From the IMG/VR virus record IMGVR_UViG_3300031857_023291: a stretch of DNA of 64,000 nucleotides; one strand, written 5' to 3'. The translations under genes and the position numbers were made by a program. Positions 57,756 to 64,000 of the stretch are shown here, one piece after another. Within the stretch, counting starts at the first letter, position 1, and each line of letters starts with the position of its first letter. This stretch comes from an uncultured virus (IMG/VR IMGVR_UViG_3300031857_023291) (taxonomy: Duplodnaviria; Heunggongvirae; Uroviricota; Caudoviricetes). The notes beneath the pieces are model-generated. The model had not been told where the DNA came from. It saw nothing but the letters and a program-made list of their open reading frames with translations, and searched no databases.

Positions 57756-59033
57756 TTAATCTCTATATAATGAATTTAATCTTGTTATTCTTAACTTATC
57801 TATAAATTCTTCAAACTCTGACAATTCAACTGGTCTTTCATCATGCTCACACCAAGTTTCTAATATATCTTCTTTAAAGTCTTTACCATTAGGTTGTATG
57901 TAATCGATGTCACCTTCAAAAAGAGCAACTAATAAGTTTCTGAATTTGATTGCTTCCCTTCTATTAGCAAAATAAACTTCACTGAATTCAGACCCCTCAA
58001 TTGATATTACACCCGATGGAGTAAGTGGTAGTTTCACACGATCTTCATCTGTATAATTTTGTGTAGTAAGATTGATATAAATATCTTGTAACCAAATTAT
58101 ACCATTCGCTCTATTTGTATAACCTTTAATATCACCACCAGCATACCAATCTAAAACTTCTAAATCTTCTTCTGAAACTGGATGAACTCCAAACATAAAT
58201 TGTGGCCAAAGATTATATCTATCAAAATCCATCCATTCTGGTAACAACTCATTTTTGTAATAGTCAGAATTAAAATAAATTTGAATGTAACAGTTTGCAA
58301 ACCTTATTTCACTTGCTGATCTACCAGTAAATCTTAATTGAAATTGACCTAACTTTTTTGCTTCTTCTAAAGCCTTTTTGTGTTTAGCTTCTACTTCTCT
58401 TTGCTTAATAGTTTCAGCCCAAGCTTTAAGTTGCTCAGGTCTTTTGATATGACCTAACTTAGACAGTTTATCAGCAGCACTTATATATGTTTGTGGTTTT
58501 AATTCTTCATTAGTTGAAAGATGACCTCTTGTTTTATCTACAACAATTTTATCTTTAGTGAAGGAAATCTCAAATGTGAATTTATTAACTCTATCAAAAG
58601 TCATTGGATCATAAACTTGTGATTTATTAATTTGAGGTCTTCTTTGGTATTCTTTTTCAATAGACTTCACACCAAATGTTTCCGGATCTGTTGTCCAATG
58701 ATAACCTTTAATTTTCTGGTTAATTGTGAATTCATCTTCTGATTCTTCAAAGTTTTCATCTTCTACACAAGTAAAGTGTTCTATTTCAAATCCTTCAGAT
58801 TTTAAATAAGACCAAACTGATTCAATTTGAAGTTTTATATCTCCATAAGTGAATTCTTTAGCCCTACTTACAACAACTTTGACTCTTTCTTTTTGAGAAT
58901 GATAATCTATTTCAGATACTTTAGTCTCAAAATCTTCATCTCTTAAATCAATAAGCAAGTCTTCAATAGTTGATTTCAATTCTGAATTCAATCTAACACC
59001 AACAGCTTCTTCATATCTTTTTAAATACTTCAT
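57756..59033 (-). CDS. paralog-array protein, two-domain fusion with leader MKYLKRYEE
   Basis: IEDLLIDLRDED domain plus internal NEELKPQTYISAADKL domain. Confidence 0.65.
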   Translation of the reverse strand: MKYLKRYEEAVGVRLNSELKSTIEDLLIDLRDEDFETKVSEIDYHSQKERVKVVVSRAKEFTYGDIKLQIESVWSYLKSEGFEIEHFTCVEDENFEESEDEFTINQKIKGYHWTTDPETFGVKSIEKEYQRRPQINKSQVYDPMTFDRVNKFTFEISFTKDKIVVDKTRGHLSTNEELKPQTYISAADKLSKLGHIKRPEQLKAWAETIKQREVEAKHKKALEEAKKLGQFQLRFTGRSASEIRFANCYIQIYFNSDYYKNELLPEWMDFDRYNLWPQFMFGVHPVSEEDLEVLDWYAGGDIKGYTNRANGIIWLQDIYINLTTQNYTDEDRVKLPLTPSGVISIEGSEFSEVYFANRREAIKFRNLLVALFEGDIDYIQPNGKDFKEDILETWCEHDERPVELSEFEEFIDKLRITRLNSLYRD

Positions 59034-59036
59034 CTC

Positions 59037-59897
59037 TTAATCTCTATATAAACCATTTACTGACATTCTCTTAACCGCCTCAATAGCTCCTTTATAAGTA
59101 TCCTCTGTAAAAGGATTTTTTGGCCATGTATCTGGATTATTAATATCATATTCATCTTCTCTACCTGGTAAAAACTTATCCATTAGTTTTTCTCTCCAGT
59201 CTTCTTCATCTAAAATAATTACCTCTTTTAATTGTTGAGCAATTGTTCTACCTTTCCAAGTTCCCCAGTTAGCTTTTCCTTCTAATGTATTAGCTAATAA
59301 GTTTCTAAATTTCATAGCTTCTGCTCTTGAATTAAAATGGAATGTAAAACTATCTCTATCTTCAAATCCACCAGCACCTGCCCTACAAAGAGGAACTGCA
59401 CCTTTATCACAGAGTGTAAGCCAAAGTCTATTTGTCCAGTATCTATAATCATCTCCCCACATTGAGTTATTTCTAAAATACACTATATCCCCGTCTTCAC
59501 TTGTTTCTAACATTCTAAGTGTTTCGTCATCTGAAGGTATAATTGCAAACTCCATAGCAATTCCCATATGCCAATCCATACCCTCATATATCCAATCCCA
59601 TAATTGGTCTTTAAACCAATCAGATTCTAAACACATCTGTAGATAAAATTTACCAGAAAAAACATCTTTCTTATTTGACCCATAACCTCTTGTCATAGTA
59701 ATATCAAATAGACCATACTCTTTATTTTCATCCTGAGCTTGTCTTAACTTTTGAGATTTCTCTCTTAATTCAACTTGAGTCGCATAATCTAATAATTCAG
59801 CACCTCTTCTTTTATGACCCATCTTAGTGAATTTATCACCAGCTGATCTATAAGTAGATGCTTTTAACTCTTCATTAAATCTTTTTAAGTATTTCAT
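59037..59897 (-). CDS. paralog-array protein with leader MKYLKRFNEE
   Basis: ELKASTYRSAGDKF...F.SRAEAMKFRNLL...NGLYRD. Confidence 0.65.
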   Translation of the reverse strand: MKYLKRFNEELKASTYRSAGDKFTKMGHKRRGAELLDYATQVELREKSQKLRQAQDENKEYGLFDITMTRGYGSNKKDVFSGKFYLQMCLESDWFKDQLWDWIYEGMDWHMGIAMEFAIIPSDDETLRMLETSEDGDIVYFRNNSMWGDDYRYWTNRLWLTLCDKGAVPLCRAGAGGFEDRDSFTFHFNSRAEAMKFRNLLANTLEGKANWGTWKGRTIAQQLKEVIILDEEDWREKLMDKFLPGREDEYDINNPDTWPKNPFTEDTYKGAIEAVKRMSVNGLYRD

Positions 59898-60640
59898 ATC
59901 GTTGAGGAAAGTAAATTTGGAGATATTGTTCTAATGTAGTCAGCTGCATCTTCTAATTTAAATCCATAATCAGAAGAGAATGAATTCTCAGCTAAAATAG
60001 TATTAGTTAATTTTTCATAAAGGTCATCAGCATCAGTATATCCAGATGGATAACCTAATTGTGGATTACTAAATATTTGAATTAGTAAGGTTTTAAATTT
60101 ATTAGCAGAAGCTCTATCAGCAAAAGCCACTTTACCATTCATATCTTCATCATAGTCCCAAAGTTCATATTTAGTGAATTTAACTTGATCGTCACTTAAA
60201 TCATACTTCAATGTAAATATCTTACCCCAGAAGAAACCATTTCCAAAATCATAGTCAGGACAAAGATCCATATATTGATAGATTAAATCTTCAGATGATG
60301 GAATAAGTCCTAAAAAGAAAGTGATTCCATTTTCAGGTTCATCAGAAAATGCAAGTTCATCAAAGTTAATATCTAAGTGAAAGTCACCAGTAAGTGTATC
60401 ACCCTTTCCTGTCCAACTTCTTTTTTCTGGATTTTTTATAGTCATCTTAAATGTTCCAAAAGGAGAATAATCTTGTATGCGGTCTTGCCACTTAATCATT
60501 TCTTCTTTTTTCTCAGTTTCTTTGGCCCAATCTTTAAGAGCATTTGCTCTATCGTGATGACCTAATTTATCTAATTTTCTAGCAGCAGACATATAAGTCT
60601 GTGGTCTTAATTCTTCGTTAAATTTCTTTAAATATTTCAT
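59894..60640 (-). CDS. paralog-array protein with leader MKYLKKFNEE
   Basis: ELRPQTYMSAARKL...FADRASANKFK. Confidence 0.65.
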   Translation of the reverse strand: MKYLKKFNEELRPQTYMSAARKLDKLGHHDRANALKDWAKETEKKEEMIKWQDRIQDYSPFGTFKMTIKNPEKRSWTGKGDTLTGDFHLDINFDELAFSDEPENGITFFLGLIPSSEDLIYQYMDLCPDYDFGNGFFWGKIFTLKYDLSDDQVKFTKYELWDYDEDMNGKVAFADRASANKFKTLLIQIFSNPQLGYPSGYTDADDLYEKLTNTILAENSFSSDYGFKLEDAADYIRTISPNLLSSTI

Positions 60641-60648
60641 ACTATTAA

Positions 60649-61467
60649 TTATATTTCTCTAAACCAAGTCGATTGGCTACTTTTATCAATGTCAATTGAA
60701 AAAAGATTATTAACACTTATCTTATTTATTCTATCTTCAAAATCTTCTATGTCGTCAGCTGAAGCATTTACACAACTAAGTAGTTCCATTACCTTTTCTT
60801 TGTGTGGTGATATTAAATCATTTAGTTGTCTTTTGAATTTTAGAGCAGAAGCTCTATCTGAAAATATTCCAAAATATGGATATTCTTTAGCATAATACTT
60901 TTTAACAGGCTTTGACTTCATAATCAAAACTTCATTTGTCCATTTATACATACCATTTATATCAACTACCGCATCTCCAGTCATTGGCTCTTCAGTATCA
61001 TAATCCCAATTATATTGGTCTAATCCTTCTTCCCAATTACTAAACCAAACTTGAAATGAAAACATCGGTAAATTAGATGTTTTAATTTCTTGCCAGGAGT
61101 CATATTTATCTTTTGTTTCTTCAGCAGGTTGAAAAGTAAAATTAAAAGTCACACAAAGTGGTTGATTACCAGCTGCCCAATATTCAACCATCTGTTCTGC
61201 TGAGTAATCAAAGGTCTTTAGTTCTGAAGAATTTGGTCTACCAAAATAACAATCACATTTTGGATTAGTAAATTTAGCCGATTGAGCAATAACATTTGTG
61301 GTATTAGCCCAATGTATATTGTAAAAACCATACTGCTTCTCTAATCCATAGTCAATAAGAGGAGTTGCCCTTTTTTTACCACCACCTGGTAGCTGTCTTA
61401 ATCTGTAACCAGCTTGTATATAGGTATTTGGTTTAAGCTCTTCGTTGAATCTTTTAATATACTTCAT
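60649..61467 (-). CDS. paralog-array protein with leader MKYIKRFNEE
   Basis: ELKPNTYIQAG...FSDRASALKFK. Confidence 0.65.
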   Translation of the reverse strand: MKYIKRFNEELKPNTYIQAGYRLRQLPGGGKKRATPLIDYGLEKQYGFYNIHWANTTNVIAQSAKFTNPKCDCYFGRPNSSELKTFDYSAEQMVEYWAAGNQPLCVTFNFTFQPAEETKDKYDSWQEIKTSNLPMFSFQVWFSNWEEGLDQYNWDYDTEEPMTGDAVVDINGMYKWTNEVLIMKSKPVKKYYAKEYPYFGIFSDRASALKFKRQLNDLISPHKEKVMELLSCVNASADDIEDFEDRINKISVNNLFSIDIDKSSQSTWFREI

Positions 61468-61473
61468 ACTTTT

Positions 61474-61497
61474 TATATATTAAGTTTTTAATATATA
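61474..61497. promoter_or_regulatory. back-to-back TAATATATA motifs (putative phage late promoters) between divergent genes
   Basis: Minus-strand copy 61474-61482, plus-strand copy 61489-61497, each a few nt from an ATG. Confidence 0.55.
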
Positions 61498-61501
61498 ATT
61501 T

Positions 61502-61924
61502 ATGAAATGGATTAAATTATTCAATAAAATGAATGAGAATAATAGTGTTTTCTATAACAAAACCTCTGAGTTTATAATCAAAAGTTTACCTAAAGTCAAA
61601 GATGGTTATATCAGATTATGGAGAGGAAATAGACCAAATGAAGTGGGTATAAATCCAAGTTATACTTCATCTTTAGAAGGAATAGCTTTACCATTTGTCT
61701 ATGGATATGATGGAGTTTTGTCTTATATAGATTTACCAATTAGTGACATATCAAACTATGAAGTTTCTGGTGGAGTTGATGGTGAAGAATTTATAATACC
61801 AAATTCTTTATTAAAAAATGTTGTTGTTGTTGATAAAATTCTATATAAAAAAAATTTACCAGATACATTATCAGTAGGTAATATATCATCATTTGATGAT
61901 TTTGCTGATAATTTTCTTAAATAA
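61502..61924 (+). CDS. putative ADP-ribosyltransferase-fold protein (R-S-E type) with leader MKWIKLFNKMNE
   Basis: IRLWRG, SYTSS...A..F, DGEEFII. Confidence 0.5.
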   Translation: MKWIKLFNKMNENNSVFYNKTSEFIIKSLPKVKDGYIRLWRGNRPNEVGINPSYTSSLEGIALPFVYGYDGVLSYIDLPISDISNYEVSGGVDGEEFIIPNSLLKNVVVVDKILYKKNLPDTLSVGNISSFDDFADNFLK

Positions 61925-61935
61925 ATATTTGAAGT

Positions 61936-62190
61936 ATGAGACGAATCAAACTATTTGAAGATTTCAAGCAAAATAATGAAGAAGGAACTCTTATCACAAT
62001 CGATGATATAATCAAATGTATTAAGAAAAGAGGAGTTATTTATTCTACAATTGTTAAAGAGTATCCAGATAATGATCCGAAAGATCCAATCACTCCAGTT
62101 GATATAGATGAAGATGGTTTAATCACAGTTGATATAGACGGTAGAGAATACTATGTTGATTTAGATGATGTTGAGAAAATCGAATACTAA
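61936..62190 (+). CDS. small acidic protein with leader MRRIKLFEDF
   Basis: ORF track; leader motif. Confidence 0.55.
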   Translation: MRRIKLFEDFKQNNEEGTLITIDDIIKCIKKRGVIYSTIVKEYPDNDPKDPITPVDIDEDGLITVDIDGREYYVDLDDVEKIEY

Positions 62191-62699
62191 TCTAAAAGTT
62201 TTTTTAATTTCAAATCTCGAAGAATAGATTTTGTTTTTTCATTTATAATTAATGGTATGTCATTTTCACTTCTGTAATTCATCCCAGTGAGGTCATAAAC
62301 TAAGTTGTTGTAATTATCGATAATATTTCGCATTATCGATATATGTGGCTCATTATTTCTCCAAAGATTTTTTTTTGGAAATGGTATCCACATATCTATG
62401 TTTTTATTATTACAATATTCAATCAAATCTGTTATTTTGTGTGTGTCTTGCATATACACATCAGTGTGAAAAAGTATTAAATTTTTTCCATCTAATTTGT
62501 CAAATATTATTTTATCTGGATGATTGCATCCGAACTTAGTCCATAAATATGTTTCTGCCAATTTATGTCGATATAATATCATACATTTTGGTAAATTATA
62601 AAAAATATGGAATGTAGCTCTCGCTGCTACATTCCATGCAAGTTTATAATCAATACTCATATCAAATTCTAGTACATAAATCATAATCAAAAAAGTCAA
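62187..62699 (-). CDS. hypothetical protein with C-terminal LRDLKLKKLL tag
   Basis: Shared motif; true start may be 62660. Confidence 0.5.
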   Translation of the reverse strand: MTFLIMIYVLEFDMSIDYKLAWNVAARATFHIFYNLPKCMILYRHKLAETYLWTKFGCNHPDKIIFDKLDGKNLILFHTDVYMQDTHKITDLIEYCNNKNIDMWIPFPKKNLWRNNEPHISIMRNIIDNYNNLVYDLTGMNYRSENDIPLIINEKTKSILRDLKLKKLLD

Positions 62700-62720
62700 C
62701 TTTGAAGTTGACTTATTTTT
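62690..62720. terminator. intrinsic terminator
   Basis: AAGTCAACTT-TG-AAGTTGACTT hairpin with flanking A/T tracts. Confidence 0.55.
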
Positions 62721-64000
62721 ATTTGTCGGTATTTTCTACCATAATTTGTTTTACTTTGTTGTTAGTTCTAGATATTGGAACTTTAACACCAATTGAAATC
62801 ATTAATACTCTACCTCTAATTTTAGAAAGATCTAAGGAGTCACAATAACCATCTGTCAAAACTACGGTGTTATATTCATTAAACTTCTCAGAAACTAAAT
62901 CAATAGCAGGTTGAAGAATGGTACCACCAAGACCTTTGATAACAAGTGTTTCAAGTTTTTTCTTAGATTTAATGTTCTGAATCCATTTCACTTCTGTGTC
63001 AGCCTCAATAAGATTTACTTCAATATCATTTCTGTAGATGTAGGAAAGCACTCTCTCAAAAGTTCCACCCATTGAACCAGATGTATCTAATATACAATTG
63101 ATTTTTGTTTTGACTTTTCGACTACCTTTTAGTCCAGAAATTTGTTTTCTGTTTGGTTTTACTATTGTTTTTTCCTTCACCGTTCCAAAAATCATATTAG
63201 ATACCGCTCTTTTGATTTCACGTAAATAATCTTTGCGTTTCTTACGTAGTTTGTTAAGAGTTTGTTCGACATTACCGGCTGATAATCCACGAGCGGCTAA
63301 TCTTTCCATTACGTCTTTTACCATGCCTTCTCTCATTTCTTCAGGAACATCATCGTTGATGTGCTTATCAAGATACTCACCATTTCCATTTTCCATGTCT
63401 TGAAAAATTTGTTCTTTAGACCAAGTATCAAGTGACTCACCATCTTTAGATGGATTTTTACCATAAGGACCATAAGATGGTTTACCACTAGAGTCTTTAC
63501 CACCCTCATTACCCGTTCCTTGGCAATCTGAACAAGACTCTCCTTCACCAGGATTTTGGCTCTGATCTTGTCCTGGTTGTTGACCTTCACCTTTATCATC
63601 TTGTTTCTCACCTTTACCGTCACCTGGTTGTTGACCATCTTGTTTTTTACCAGAACCACCACAAGATTGACATTGAGAGTTTTGTTTTTGCTCTTTTTGC
63701 CATTTATCTTTTTCTTCTTTTAACCACTCATATAGTTCTTCGAAAATAAGTTTTCCGGTGTATTCTTTTGGAACAAAGAGTGCCATATTTTTACCATCTG
63801 GTGATTTTGGAATTTCAACAAAAGCGTGTGGAATATCCTCCCAGATAACGTGATTAATGATCATGTCTTGAGCAATGTTAGACAATTTATGATCATATTG
63901 ACCTGTAATTGTTCTACGTGGATGGTTAAAAAGAAGGTGAAAGTCCTCGTGAAGAGTAATAAAATTTACTTCTTTCTGAGACATATTTTCTAAAAACTTT
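62719..64000 (-). CDS. 5'-truncated DUF2201-type metallopeptidase-like + vWA protein
   Basis: LHEDFH (HExxH), NIAQD..IN, Gly/Gln linker, LDTSGSM MIDAS, GGT, LTDG; frame open to the window edge (KFLEN-MSQ). Confidence 0.8.
   Translation of the reverse strand, partial: KFLENMSQKEVNFITLHEDFHLLFNHPRRTITGQYDHKLSNIAQDMIINHVIWEDIPHAFVEIPKSPDGKNMALFVPKEYTGKLIFEELYEWLKEEKDKWQKEQKQNSQCQSCGGSGKKQDGQQPGDGKGEKQDDKGEGQQPGQDQSQNPGEGESCSDCQGTGNEGGKDSSGKPSYGPYGKNPSKDGESLDTWSKEQIFQDMENGNGEYLDKHINDDVPEEMREGMVKDVMERLAARGLSAGNVEQTLNKLRKKRKDYLREIKRAVSNMIFGTVKEKTIVKPNRKQISGLKGSRKVKTKINCILDTSGSMGGTFERVLSYIYRNDIEVNLIEADTEVKWIQNIKSKKKLETLVIKGLGGTILQPAIDLVSEKFNEYNTVVLTDGYCDSLDLSKIRGRVLMISIGVKVPISRTNNKVKQIMVENTDK

Noticed and set aside
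57255..61467. Diversity-generating retroelement behind the paralog array
   Set aside because: No reverse transcriptase in the window and no near-identical TR/VR pair differing at adenines; similarity is mainly at protein level.
1..64000. Stop-codon reassignment as in some Bacteroidota phages
   Set aside because: Code 11 gives full-length conserved genes at high density, and no suppressor tRNA is seen.
1..64000. CRISPR array or cas operon (prompted by the Cas4-like nuclease at 22586)
   Set aside because: No regularly spaced repeats or other cas genes seen; stand-alone nucleases of this kind are common in phages.
1..64000. Bacterial chromosome or prophage interpretation
   Set aside because: Host-like genes are isolated and interleaved with baseplate, tagged orphan and phage-type genes throughout; no integrase, att boundary or core operons are seen.

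Overview
AT-rich, gene-dense segment that reads as part of a large (jumbo/huge) T4-like myophage infecting a Bacteroidota host. Phage evidence: a T4 gp6-like baseplate wedge gene, a phage sigma factor, two tRNAs, Dam-family methylases, many short orphan ORFs and no ribosomal-protein or rRNA operons. Host evidence: Bacteroidota-type TTTG-N19/20-TAnnTTTG promoters, T9SS cargo proteins and a TonB-dependent receptor. Standard genetic code 11 gives intact genes. Notable signals: (1) about 16 proteins start with a shared MKYLKxF(N)E-type leader resembling the T4 capsid-targeting propeptide. It is attached to a CCA-adding enzyme, an adenylate cyclase, an ADP-ribosyltransferase-like protein, a zeta-like kinase, a zincin and a tandem paralog array, and often lies behind a TAATATATA motif. 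(2) About 11 unrelated minus-strand proteins share a C-terminal R(E/D/N)xK(L/I)xx(L/I)L tag; the N-leader and C-tag sets do not overlap. (3) A tRNA-Leu(UAA) is split by a 205-nt IC3-type group I intron and sits next to a free-standing HNH nuclease. (4) The window also carries a two-component system, a Hpy188I-like restriction-modification pair, a T9SS/TonB uptake locus with an 11-bp-periodic operator, a signal-less Skp, tRNA-repair functions, and nucleotide, folate and sugar metabolic genes. All assignments come from motif recognition by eye; no database searches were run.
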